A stretch of 64,000 nucleotides of DNA, taken from NCBI GenBank assembly GCA_049511715.1, contig JBEKXU010000007.1:94592-158591 (forward strand), given 5' to 3'. Positions 41,107-50,440 of this stretch are shown here, one piece after another. Origin of the DNA: Anaerolineales bacterium (lineage in GTDB: Bacteria; Chloroflexota; Anaerolineae; Anaerolineales; RBG-16-64-43). The position numbers and the translations under genes were made by a program. The notes beneath the pieces were generated by a model. It had not been told where the DNA came from. It searched no databases and saw nothing but the letters and a program-made list of their open reading frames with translations. Position 1 is the first letter of the stretch. Every line of letters starts with the position of its first letter.

Positions 41107-42606
41107 ATGCGGCGTGGGATAAGCGTCCGGAAGGGAAAACTCCTTGTCTCGGTCACCCTTTTGGTTTTGGCCGCCTGCCTGCCTGAATCTTCGCAGCCAC
41201 AGCTTGCCCCAATCCAGCAGGCCACCCTCACCCCGGGGAATCCGAGCAGCAATCTGCCCACACCGCTGCCGCAACGCCTGCCCATTGTGCCCGGACAGAT
41301 TCTGGATTATCCGGCCCAGCCTGGGGACACTCTCCCGGCCGTTGCCGCCCATTTCAACACCACCGTAGATGCCATTCGAGGGGCGAATCCATGGTTGCCT
41401 CGGGACGTCACAACCCTGGAACCCGGGAAAGACCTGCGTGTCCCGGCTTACTTCGCCCCTTTCACTGGGACCTCATTCAAGATCCTCCCGGATAGCGAGG
41501 TGGTCAACAGTCCGGGACTGGTTGGATTCGACCTGCAGAAGTACGTAGAGGACAGTCCCGGGTACCTGTCTCGCTATCATGCCTATGTGTTCGGATTGAC
41601 CCGGCCTGGCTGGGATATCATCCAAGTCATCTCGGAGAATTTCTCCCTCAGCCCCCGACTTCTCCTAGCTCTCCTGCAGTTCCGCTCCGGGTGGCTTACC
41701 AATCCCTCCCCGACGCAACAGGATATCGACTACCCTCTCGGCTACGACGATCCTGCTTGGGAGGGGCTGACGTTGCAACTCACGTGGGCGGCTGAGCAGC
41801 TGAATAATGGCTACTACGGCTGGCGGATTGGCAGCCTGACCCAGATTCAGCTTGCCGACGGGAGAGTGACACGACCCGACCCGTACCAAAACGCCGGAAC
41901 GGTTGCAGTGCAGAACTTGATGGCCCAGTATTTTGGCCAGAAGGAATTTGATCAGGCCGTGGGGCCCCAGGGGTTCGTCCAAACCTATCGGGCCCTCTTT
42001 GGAGATCCGTTCTCCAAGGCCGTCACCTTGATGGGCGGGAACCTGACGCAACCGAAGCTCTCGCTCCCCTTTGAACTTGGTGCTGTCTGGGCTTACACCG
42101 GGGGGCCGAACACCACTTGGGGGGACTCTCTGCCGTGGGGCGCCCTCGACTTTGCGCCGCCCTCAACGGTCACGGGATGCGCCGACAGCGATGCGTGGGT
42201 TGTGGCTCCGGCCAACGGGGTTGTGGCTCGAAGTGAGCCCGCGATCGTTCTCCTTGATCTGGACGGGTATAGTGACGAGCGTAAGGGCTGGGTTTTTCTC
42301 TTCTATCATATCGAAGACAAGGATCGTGTCGCTCAAGGAGCCGTTCTCAAGCAAGGGGATCGGATCGGCCATCCCTCCTGTGACATTGCCGAGGGGGGAC
42401 GGGCCACAGGTGTTAACGTGCACGTGGCCCGACGGTACAACGGGGAATGGATTCCCGCTTCTGGCCCTTTGGCCTTCGACATGAGCAGCTGGGTGGCCGA
42501 CAGCGCCGGGGTCGAGTATTTTGGGACCCTGACCAGGGGTCTGGACACCATCTCGGCCTGTGGGTGCACCACCTCCCTGAACGAACTTGCATTGCCCGCC
42601 CAGTGA
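41107..42606 (+). CDS. LysM and M23-like lipoprotein, probably catalytically degenerate
   Basis: Lipobox LLVLAAC, LysM (YPAQPGDTL); M23 motifs read GGPN and VNVH. Confidence 0.85.
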   Translation: MRRGISVRKGKLLVSVTLLVLAACLPESSQPQLAPIQQATLTPGNPSSNLPTPLPQRLPIVPGQILDYPAQPGDTLPAVAAHFNTTVDAIRGANPWLPRDVTTLEPGKDLRVPAYFAPFTGTSFKILPDSEVVNSPGLVGFDLQKYVEDSPGYLSRYHAYVFGLTRPGWDIIQVISENFSLSPRLLLALLQFRSGWLTNPSPTQQDIDYPLGYDDPAWEGLTLQLTWAAEQLNNGYYGWRIGSLTQIQLADGRVTRPDPYQNAGTVAVQNLMAQYFGQKEFDQAVGPQGFVQTYRALFGDPFSKAVTLMGGNLTQPKLSLPFELGAVWAYTGGPNTTWGDSLPWGALDFAPPSTVTGCADSDAWVVAPANGVVARSEPAIVLLDLDGYSDERKGWVFLFYHIEDKDRVAQGAVLKQGDRIGHPSCDIAEGGRATGVNVHVARRYNGEWIPASGPLAFDMSSWVADSAGVEYFGTLTRGLDTISACGCTTSLNELALPAQ

Positions 42607-42865
42607 GCGCCTCTTTTCCGCGGTCGGCACATGCGTCCAGCTGCGTGGGCTGACGCGCCCACGGACGGCTTGCGCTCCAAGGCCGGCGGCCTTGCAGCAG
42701 TCAATGTCCGCAGGGCACTTGGACTCTCGGTGCGGGTCGAAAGCGGCGAGAGGTCGGCGCAACCGTCTTGCCGCGGGCCATCCCCCAGCTTGGGGTACAA
42801 CCTTGGAAGGGAGCCCGACCTGGCAGCCGAACCCAAACCGGAGATGCTCGACGTGTCGGCCTGCC

Positions 42866-42894
42866 TTGACGCGGTTTGCGCCAGCCGTTAGACT
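42866..42894 (+). promoter_or_regulatory. Sigma70 promoter of rnpB
   Basis: TTGACG-17-TAGACT, 6 bp before the P1 helix. Confidence 0.75.
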
Positions 42895-42900
42895 CGGTTC

Positions 42901-43389
42901 GGGTGCCCAAGTTGGCCGGGCGATCGCGTCGTGCCGGTATGGGACTATGAGTGCTCGCACCGGTGCGCCGAGGAAAGTCCGCGCTCCAGAGAGCCAGGCG
43001 CCGGGTAACGCCCGGGGCGGGGTGACCTGCCGGAAAAGGGCCACAGAGAAGAAGATTGCCACTGAGCCCTCGGGCCCAGTGGCGAGGGTGAAATGGCGGT
43101 GCAAGAGACCACCGGCGCCGGCAGCAATGCTGGCGGCTAGGTAACCCCCACCTGGAGCAAGGCCAAACAGAGGCGAACCTCAGAGGGCAGAGGCCCAATG
43201 AGTGCGGGCTGGCTCGGCCCGCCAAGCCTCGGGTAGGCTGCTAGAGCCGCACGGCAACGTGTCGGCCGAGATGGATGATCGCCGCCGGCCTTGTAGAAGG
43301 ATGAAGCCGCAAGGCGTAAACTCCTGTGGAAGGCAATATCTTCCAGAAGGCCGGGACAGAACGCGGCTTACAGGTCAACTTGGGTGCCC
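42901..43389 (+). ncRNA. rnpB: RNase P RNA (type A-like)
   Basis: GAGGAAAGTCC, CCACAGA, GGGTGAAA, GGTAACCCC...GAGCAAG, AGATGGATGATCGC and ACAGAACGCGGCTTA. Terminal P1 pairing GGGTGCCCAAGTTGGCC / GGTCAACTTGGGTGCCC. Confidence 0.96.
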
Positions 43390-43502
43390 AGCCTGAGGGC
43401 TGGCTGGCCGCGCTGTTGAGTTCCCCGCAAAGCAGAGTCTCCCACCCGCAATTCCCCTGAAAACCTGACGTGTGTCTTAAAACTTTCCGTTGCCACTTGT
43501 TC

Positions 43503-43560
43503 AAGTGGGGCAAAGTGCATATACTGTGGGCACGAGTGGGGGAAAGTGGAAAGAAGTGGG
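43503..43560 (+). promoter_or_regulatory. MraZ operator repeats upstream of the dcw operon
   Basis: GTG(G) boxes at 43505, 43515, 43526, 43536, 43546 and 43556 (~10-bp period), matching the known MraZ-binding pattern. Confidence 0.8.
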
Positions 43561-43613
43561 CAAGGGCGCCGGAGACTTTCCGGCGTCAATGTTTATGGAG
43601 GGAATGCGAACAC

Positions 43614-44060
43614 ATGTTCTTGGGTGAGTTCGAGCATGCCCTGGACGACAAGGGCAGGCTGACGATCCCGGCTAAGCTCCGGGCGGGGTTTGCCGCAGGA
43701 GCTGTGGTAACGCGGGGATTCGAACCTTGCCTCGTTATCTACCCCGTGGAGACCTTCCGACTCCTCGAACAGAAGGCCCACGGGCTGACACCCACGGACC
43801 CTTCGCACCGGGCCATCTTCCGACTGCTCTTCGGGGGCGCTGCCGACGTGGATCTCGACTCCGTCGGCCGGGTGCTGATTCCCCCCTACCTGCGCACCTA
43901 TGCCGCCTTGGCCACGCAGGTTGTTGTGGTCGGAGCCGGCCAGTACATCGAGGTCTGGGATGCGGTCAAGTGGAGCGAACAACTGGCCTCGCTCAACGAT
44001 GCCGAATCCAACTCGGGTCGGTTTGCCTCGTTGGATCTAGCCACCGGTGAGATTCCATGA
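43614..44060 (+). CDS. mraZ: Division/cell wall cluster transcriptional repressor
   Basis: MFLGEFEHALDDKGRLTIPAKLR, D..GRVLIP..LR.YA.L...VVVVG.G..IEVWD. Confidence 0.97.
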   Translation: MFLGEFEHALDDKGRLTIPAKLRAGFAAGAVVTRGFEPCLVIYPVETFRLLEQKAHGLTPTDPSHRAIFRLLFGGAADVDLDSVGRVLIPPYLRTYAALATQVVVVGAGQYIEVWDAVKWSEQLASLNDAESNSGRFASLDLATGEIP

Positions 44061-45115
44061 GCGAACGTGTCCTCTGCCTTGCAGGCGGAGGGCAGTCGGA
44101 GCAAGAGGGGAGGGGAGGCCCGAGGGCGCATCACCCCGTTCTTTACCAAGAGGTCCTTGAGTGGCTGAAGCCCCGGGAGGGGGGGCGCTACATTGATGCA
44201 ACCGTCGGAGGAGGAGGCCACGCCTGGGGAATCCTCGATCGATCATCCCCCAGCGGGTTGTTGCTGGGGATCGATCGAGACCCGCAGGCCCTGGAGTTCG
44301 CCCGTCAGCACTTGGCTTCGTTTTCCGACCGGGTGATCTTGCGCCACGGAAGCTTCCGGTTCCTGGAGAGACTGCTGAAGGAACTGGGGTGGGGGCCCGT
44401 GGATGGAGTCCTGCTCGATTTGGGCCTGTCCTCTCTTCAGCTGGCCGAGGCCGATCGCGGGTTCTCCTTTCGGGAGGATGGACCCTTGGACATGCGGTTC
44501 GACCCGGGGAGCCAGGTGACTGCTGAGGACTTGGTCAACACCCTATCAGAGGAGGAGCTTGCCAGGCTGCTCTTCGTCTATGGCGAGGAGAAATTGAGTC
44601 GCACCATTGCCCGGGCGATAGTTCATGACCGCCCGCTCCGCTCAACCCTGGAATTGGCTGAGGTCGTTGAACGGTGCGTGGTCAAGCGGCAGGGAGCTCG
44701 GAAGATGCGCTGGAGAATCCATCCGGCAACGAGGACGTTCCAGGCCCTGCGCATCGCTGTGAATGAGGAACTGCAAGCGCTCGAGGAGGCTCTGCCCCAG
44801 ACGGGAAATGCGTTGCGGCCGGGCGGTCGGCTCACCGTGATTGCCTTCCACTCCCTGGAGGACCGGATCGTGAAGCAGTTCTTGCGGCGGAACTCAATGC
44901 GGCTCAACCGGAAAGGCGGATCCCTGGCTCCGGCCGAGGATGAAGAAATCCAGGCCCTGTTCAAACCAGCTCCCAGGCTGATTCGTCCGGGCGAGGAAGA
45001 ACGGCGCGCTAACCCTCGCTCGCGCAGTGCCAAACTTCGGGTGGCCGAGAAGGTCGACCGAGGCGCGTTTCTTGCCCCCGAAACAGCGCTACCGGTGGCT
45101 GCCTGCCGGAGATGA
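44057..45115 (+). CDS. rsmH: 16S rRNA m4C1402 methyltransferase
   Basis: HHPVL, DATVGGGGH, DLGLSS.QL, PLDMR, HPATRTFQALRIAVN.EL, FHSLEDR, NPRSRSAKLR. Confidence 0.97.
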   Translation: MSERVLCLAGGGQSEQEGRGGPRAHHPVLYQEVLEWLKPREGGRYIDATVGGGGHAWGILDRSSPSGLLLGIDRDPQALEFARQHLASFSDRVILRHGSFRFLERLLKELGWGPVDGVLLDLGLSSLQLAEADRGFSFREDGPLDMRFDPGSQVTAEDLVNTLSEEELARLLFVYGEEKLSRTIARAIVHDRPLRSTLELAEVVERCVVKRQGARKMRWRIHPATRTFQALRIAVNEELQALEEALPQTGNALRPGGRLTVIAFHSLEDRIVKQFLRRNSMRLNRKGGSLAPAEDEEIQALFKPAPRLIRPGEEERRANPRSRSAKLRVAEKVDRGAFLAPETALPVAACRR

Positions 45116-45603
45116 CCGTGCCGAATTCGTCCGCTGCAGAAGCGCAAGGGAGTCGGACCAGAGCCTATCGTCAGGCTCCTTGGCGGGTGCAGACTCGGCT
45201 TCTAGCGATGGGCCTCGCTGTGGTGCTCACTCTGGCAGCTACGCTCAGCCTATTCGTCTTCACCGGTGCCCAGGCCGCACAGGCTGGGCTCCAGGTGCAG
45301 ACGTTGCTCATCGAGCGGGACGACTTGCTCCGCCAGATCAATGGTCAGCAGGCCGAACTGGCGAGTCGGCAATCGGAGAGTTGGCTGAGTGCCCGGGCCA
45401 AGGAGCTGGGCTTTGAACCCGTTTCGCCTCAAGCGATGGGGTTTATTGAAATCCCACCGGCTCCGGTGTCCACCCCCGTGTACATCGGCCCTGCTGGCAC
45501 GCTCTACGTTGAGCCCGGTCCTGCACTTTCTCCGGCCTATCGGCAAACCCTGCTGGATTGGCTCGTTAGTCACCTGGGACAGGCGGGGAGCAACTCGCCT
45601 TGA
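45112..45603 (+). CDS. FtsL-like membrane/coiled-coil protein
   Basis: One TM helix, coiled coil and A.ELG motif; ftsL position between rsmH and the PBP. Confidence 0.7.
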   Translation: MTVPNSSAAEAQGSRTRAYRQAPWRVQTRLLAMGLAVVLTLAATLSLFVFTGAQAAQAGLQVQTLLIERDDLLRQINGQQAELASRQSESWLSARAKELGFEPVSPQAMGFIEIPPAPVSTPVYIGPAGTLYVEPGPALSPAYRQTLLDWLVSHLGQAGSNSP

Positions 45604-47561
45604 ACCCCACACTGGCAAACCGTGTGCGCATCGCAGGATATTTGCTTCTGATTCCGCTGGCGGCCATCCTGGTGCAACTCACGCGTTTTCAGATACTTCC
45701 CACCCCGGGTCGGTCCGAACTTTTCTCCGCTCCTTATCCACTGGTGCGTCATATCGAGACGCCGCGTGGTCTGATCTACGACCGGAACGGCAACCTCCTG
45801 GCGGGCAATGTCACTCACTATCGCCTCTACCTTGACAACTGCCAGCAGTACCTTTGGGCGCAGGATCTCTCGGCAGCGGAGAACCACGGGTCCGCGAGCG
45901 TCTCGATTGCGAGCGTCCTGGGAGAGCTAGGACAGGTGACGGGGGCCCGGATCAACATTTCCCCCGTGGTTCAATCCCTGCAGGAACTCGACCGCAGTCT
46001 CAGCGGAGGAGCGGCGAACGGAGAGCACCTGAGCACGTGCACCTTGTCCAGCGACGCCGTGGGAAGCGGCGACTCCCTGGCGGCGGTCCCACTTTGGTTG
46101 GACGAATCCCAGGAGGCCAAACTCGAAATTGCGCAAGGTCAGACGGCGGACGCCAAAGGCGAGTTCCACAGCGACCCGTTGCTCTTCGACATCCGCTCCG
46201 AAGCTTGGTACACCCGTTACTATCCGGAGGGGACCTTGGCATCGGAAGTGATTGGCTACAGCCGCCAATCTGGCGACCAGCCGGGGAATGCGGACCAAGG
46301 AGTGCTGCGCTACTACCTGGAAACGGGGGACTGGGGAGTGGAGAACTACTACAACAGCATCCTTCAGGGAACCCGCGAGGATGTGACCTGGACGGTCGTG
46401 CCCATCGACATTACCAACAACATCGACAACGCACAACCTTCGGCCAGCCTGATTCTTACGATTGATCGGCAAATCCAAGCCGCAACCGAGGCCGTCCTGC
46501 AGGAGGGCATCCAGCGAAGCCATGCCTCGCGCGGGTCCATCCTTGTCCTGCAACCGCAAACGGGCGAGATTCTGGCAATGGCCGACTATCCCCCCGCCGA
46601 CCTCAACGACCCCAGCGGCTTTCAGGCCGTCTTCCAAGCGAAGGGGAGACTTCCCGAGGACCCCGAGGGGCAGGTCCCTTCGCTCAACACCGAGGCTCCC
46701 TATGAGCCGGGATCCACGTTCAAAGTCCTGACCATGGCCGCGGCGCTTGATTCTGGCAAAGTGGAACCGGGGACCACCTTCGTGGACCAAGGCACCTTAG
46801 AAGTGGGGGGATTGGTAATCCACAACTGGACCCCCCAGGTCTTTGGATTGCAGGACATGACAGGCTGCCTGGCCAATTCGATCAACACCTGTCTAGCCTG
46901 GGTCGCGACCCAAAAGATGGGGGCCGCCGATTTCTACGACTACATGGATCGCTTTTGGATAGGACGGACCATCGGCGTTGATCTGCCTGAAGCCCCTGGA
47001 GTTCTGCGTCGGCCGGGAGACACGGATTGGACCGATGCTACTTTGGCCACCAATGCTTTCGGGCAAGGGGTTTCCGTGACGCCGCTACATCTGGCGGCTG
47101 ACATTGCGGCGGTAGCCAATCACGGGGTCCTGATGGTCCCCCATGTCGTCAAGGCGATTATCCGCCCCGACGGGTCCGTTCAGGAGATCAGCCCGGTCCG
47201 GATAGGGCAACCCATTTCTGCCGCGACGGCCGGTACGTTGAACCAGATGCTAGTGCAATCCCTGCTGACCGAAGGATCCAAGGCCCTTGTGCCGGGCTAC
47301 AAGATTGCCGGAAAGACGGGGACGGCTGACATCCCGCCCTACGTCGGGACAAAGACGATCGCCTCCTTCGTGGGTTGGGGGCCCGCGGACGATCCTCAGG
47401 TGCTCATCCTCATTCGCATTGATGAGCCCACCTCGGCGGGCGACATGCAGTATGGATCGATCACCGCGGCTCCCCTGTTCGCCGAACTGGCCCCGCGGGT
47501 ATTCGCGATCTTGGGAATTCCGCCGGACGCGGTCCGCCAGCAGCTGGCCGCCTCGCAATGA
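45600..47561 (+). CDS. ftsI: Class B penicillin-binding protein (FtsI-like)
   Basis: RG.IYDRNG, YEPGSTFK (SxxK), SIN (SxN), GKTGTA. Confidence 0.9.
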   Translation: MNPTLANRVRIAGYLLLIPLAAILVQLTRFQILPTPGRSELFSAPYPLVRHIETPRGLIYDRNGNLLAGNVTHYRLYLDNCQQYLWAQDLSAAENHGSASVSIASVLGELGQVTGARINISPVVQSLQELDRSLSGGAANGEHLSTCTLSSDAVGSGDSLAAVPLWLDESQEAKLEIAQGQTADAKGEFHSDPLLFDIRSEAWYTRYYPEGTLASEVIGYSRQSGDQPGNADQGVLRYYLETGDWGVENYYNSILQGTREDVTWTVVPIDITNNIDNAQPSASLILTIDRQIQAATEAVLQEGIQRSHASRGSILVLQPQTGEILAMADYPPADLNDPSGFQAVFQAKGRLPEDPEGQVPSLNTEAPYEPGSTFKVLTMAAALDSGKVEPGTTFVDQGTLEVGGLVIHNWTPQVFGLQDMTGCLANSINTCLAWVATQKMGAADFYDYMDRFWIGRTIGVDLPEAPGVLRRPGDTDWTDATLATNAFGQGVSVTPLHLAADIAAVANHGVLMVPHVVKAIIRPDGSVQEISPVRIGQPISAATAGTLNQMLVQSLLTEGSKALVPGYKIAGKTGTADIPPYVGTKTIASFVGWGPADDPQVLILIRIDEPTSAGDMQYGSITAAPLFAELAPRVFAILGIPPDAVRQQLAASQ

Positions 47562-47585
47562 GGAGTTGCGACACGCAGGATAGGC

Positions 47586-49034
47586 ATGTTGGATCTGTCA
47601 GTGGTTTTTGAAGCGTTGAATGCTCCAGCTCCGGACCTGCCGGACCTAAAGGCTCTGGGCCGACGGGTCCTCACAGACGCCGTGATTGATTCCCGCATGG
47701 CGATTCCAGGCTGCCTGTTCATCGCCCTCCCCGGGGAGAAAACCGATGGCCACTCGTTTGTCGCCGACGCGTTCAAGCGGGGAGCGGCCGTCGCCCTCGT
47801 TCAGAACGATGTGCCTGGGTTTCCTGCGCTGGATTTCACGGCCGGGGCCTTGGGGGCTGGCCCGGCACAGGAGTTGGATCCGAAGGCGCCCCTTCGTCTC
47901 TGCCTGCGGGTGGACAACACCTTGGATTCCATGCAAAAGATTGCCCGCCTTTGGCGGGAGCGATTGCCGGAGTTGAGAGTCGTCGCAATCACAGGCAGCG
48001 TCGGCAAGTCCACGACTAAAGAACTGGTGGCCAACGTGCTTTCCACTCACTTTGCCACGCTGGCCAGCGAGACCAGCTTTAACAATGAAATTGGCCTTCC
48101 GCTCACGCTGCTTCGAGCCACCAGCTCCCACCGTTTTGCCGTGCTGGAGATGGGGTTCTACCTCCCCGGGGACATTCGCCTGTTGTGCGAAATCTCTCGT
48201 CCTGAGATCGGCGTGGTGACGATGATCGGGCCTGTTCACCTCGAGCGCGCGGGCAGCCTGGAGGCCATTGTCAGGGGCAAGGCGGAGCTCCTGGAAGCCC
48301 TGCCTCCCAGCGGAACAGCGATCCTGAACTATGACGACGAGCGGGTGCGGGGAATGGCGTTTTCCAGCCGAGCCAGGGTCTTCTTCTACGGCCTGGATCC
48401 CGAGGCGGAGCTGAGGGCCAGCGATGTGACCTCGCTCGGATTGAAAGGGATCCGCTTTACGGTCAGCTTCCGGGGAGAGACCTTGCATCTGCAGGTCCCG
48501 CTCTTGGGACAGCACTCCGTCCACACGGCGCTCCGGGCGGCAGCGGTGGGATTGGTCGTCGGCCTGACATGGCAGGAAATCCTTGAGGGATTGACGGCTC
48601 CCGCCGTGCAGTTGCGGCTGGTCACCGTAGAAGGCCCAAACGGTTCCTTGATTGTGGATGACACCTACAACGCCTCCCCCGATTCGATGATCGCCGCGTT
48701 GAACTTGCTGGCTGAACTTGGCGGGCGTCCGATGGCCGTGCTGGGGGACATGCTGGAGCTGGGGGGATTTGAAGAACAGGGACACCGCATGGTCGGTGCC
48801 CGCGCCGCGGAGGTCATCGACGAGCTCGTCACCATCGGCGAAAAAGCGCGCTGGATTGCGGAAGAAGCCCACCTGCAGGGTCTTTCCTCGGCCAAGATTT
48901 CAGCGTATGCAACGGCAGAGGAGGCCCTTCCGTATTTGAAAGATCGGATCCGAGCCGGGGATGTGGTGCTGGTCAAAGGGTCGCATGCCCTGCGCCTGGA
49001 TCGTATTGTCGGTTCGCTGGAGAGTGACCTGTGA
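47586..49034 (+). CDS. murF: UDP-MurNAc-tripeptide--D-Ala-D-Ala ligase
   Basis: ITGSVGKSTTKE, NNEIGLPLT, DDTYNASP, LGDMLELG, VLVKGS. Confidence 0.96.
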   Translation: MLDLSVVFEALNAPAPDLPDLKALGRRVLTDAVIDSRMAIPGCLFIALPGEKTDGHSFVADAFKRGAAVALVQNDVPGFPALDFTAGALGAGPAQELDPKAPLRLCLRVDNTLDSMQKIARLWRERLPELRVVAITGSVGKSTTKELVANVLSTHFATLASETSFNNEIGLPLTLLRATSSHRFAVLEMGFYLPGDIRLLCEISRPEIGVVTMIGPVHLERAGSLEAIVRGKAELLEALPPSGTAILNYDDERVRGMAFSSRARVFFYGLDPEAELRASDVTSLGLKGIRFTVSFRGETLHLQVPLLGQHSVHTALRAAAVGLVVGLTWQEILEGLTAPAVQLRLVTVEGPNGSLIVDDTYNASPDSMIAALNLLAELGGRPMAVLGDMLELGGFEEQGHRMVGARAAEVIDELVTIGEKARWIAEEAHLQGLSSAKISAYATAEEALPYLKDRIRAGDVVLVKGSHALRLDRIVGSLESDL

Positions 49035-50014
49035 ACGTTGGAATGCCGATGGCCTTGAGTCTGGGAGGCATCACCTTCGCTCTGACCGTGATTTGGGGAG
49101 GACCATTGCTCCAGGTGCTTCGCAGACTGGGAATTGGCAAGCAGATCCGCATCGAAGGACCACGCAGCCACCAGTCCAAGCTGGGGACTCCCACAATGGG
49201 CGGCTTGCTGGTGATTATCCCGGTGGTAGTCATCACGCTCCTGCTGAACACCGTCTCGATCCTGGGCCGTTCCCTTTTGGGCCGGTCAATTCTCCTTCCT
49301 CTGGGCGCCATGCTCGCCTTCGCGGCGCTCGGGGCCGTCGACGACTGGTTGGGGCTGCACGGACGACCGTTGCGGGTCCGGGAGAAGCTTGCTGCGGAGT
49401 GCGTCATGGCCTTGATCGTGGCCATCGGCCTTAAGTATGTGCTGAATGTGCCGGGCGCTTTCTTGCCGGGCGTTCCGGGATATTTTGACCTCGGCCTGGG
49501 GTACCTCCCCGTGGCGGTCCTGGTCATCGTCTCCTCCACGAACGCCATCAACATCACCGACGGTTTGGATGGATTGGCGGGATTGGTGGCCGCAACCGCG
49601 TTCGTCGCCTATGCGCTCATTGCGGGGATTCAGGGGCAAGTGTTCTTGGTGCGCTTCTGTTTCACGGTGGTGGGGGCCCTGTTCGCCTTCCTTTGGTACA
49701 ACGCGTACCCGGCCCAAATGTTCATGGGCGATACCGGTTCCTTGGCCATTGGGGCCTTGCTCGGGGTTGTGGCGCTCATGACGGCCCAGTGGGCTCTCCT
49801 GCCCCTCATCGCCATTATCCCGGCCAGCGAGACCCTCAGTGTGATTCTGCAGGTTGTCTTTTTCCGATGGACCAAGGGGCGACGCCTGTTCAGGATGGCG
49901 CCCCTTCATCATCATTTTGAGCTCCTGGGTTGGAGCGAGACCCAGGTCGTTCAACGCTTCTGGCTCATGGGATTGCTCGCCGCCATGGTCGGAGTGGCGC
50001 TCGCCGTGGCTTAG
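49031..50014 (+). CDS. mraY: Phospho-MurNAc-pentapeptide transferase
   Basis: GTPTMGG, NAINITDGLDGL, FMGDTGSL, MAPLHHHFE. Confidence 0.97.
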   Translation: MNVGMPMALSLGGITFALTVIWGGPLLQVLRRLGIGKQIRIEGPRSHQSKLGTPTMGGLLVIIPVVVITLLLNTVSILGRSLLGRSILLPLGAMLAFAALGAVDDWLGLHGRPLRVREKLAAECVMALIVAIGLKYVLNVPGAFLPGVPGYFDLGLGYLPVAVLVIVSSTNAINITDGLDGLAGLVAATAFVAYALIAGIQGQVFLVRFCFTVVGALFAFLWYNAYPAQMFMGDTGSLAIGALLGVVALMTAQWALLPLIAIIPASETLSVILQVVFFRWTKGRRLFRMAPLHHHFELLGWSETQVVQRFWLMGLLAAMVGVALAVA

Positions 50015-50066
50015 GGCGCCGACCCGGCGGGGAGTACTCGCGTAATCCAGGTCGAGGAGGGCTGCG

Positions 50067-50393
50067 ATGGAACTCGGAATGCTCTGGTTCGATGGCGACA
50101 CACAGCGACCGTTGCAGGAACGGTTGGAGCGTGCCGCTCGTTACTATTCCCAGAAATACGGTCGCCGTGCGAATACCTGCTACCTGCATCCCAGCACGAT
50201 CGAGCCGTCAGGCAACAGGTCAGACCGCAAAAGCGGGAGGCGCGTAGAGCTGGTCGCGGGCATGGTCGTGCGGTCCTCTCGCACCGTCTTGCCGAACCAC
50301 TTTTGGCTCGGTGTTGAGGAATCCGAGGGGCCCATCCCGTTGCCTGCCTCATTGGGCGCCTTGGAGAGGCAACGCCAGGCCGTTCCAAGGTGA
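50067..50393 (+). CDS. Uncharacterised small protein in the dcw cluster
   Basis: GAGGAGG RBS; fills the mraY-murD gap; globular-looking sequence MELGMLWFD...AARYY..KYG...CY.HP...VLPNHFWLG. Confidence 0.8.
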   Translation: MELGMLWFDGDTQRPLQERLERAARYYSQKYGRRANTCYLHPSTIEPSGNRSDRKSGRRVELVAGMVVRSSRTVLPNHFWLGVEESEGPIPLPASLGALERQRQAVPR

Positions 50394-50440
50394 TTCCTGT
50401 CCTGCGGGTAAGAGTCGCGTAGCGGCGTTCGAATCGAGAG

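Noticed and set aside
42610-42860. Possible additional ncRNA upstream of rnpB
   Set aside because: No recognisable tRNA, SRP, 6S or riboswitch motif; only short GC stems
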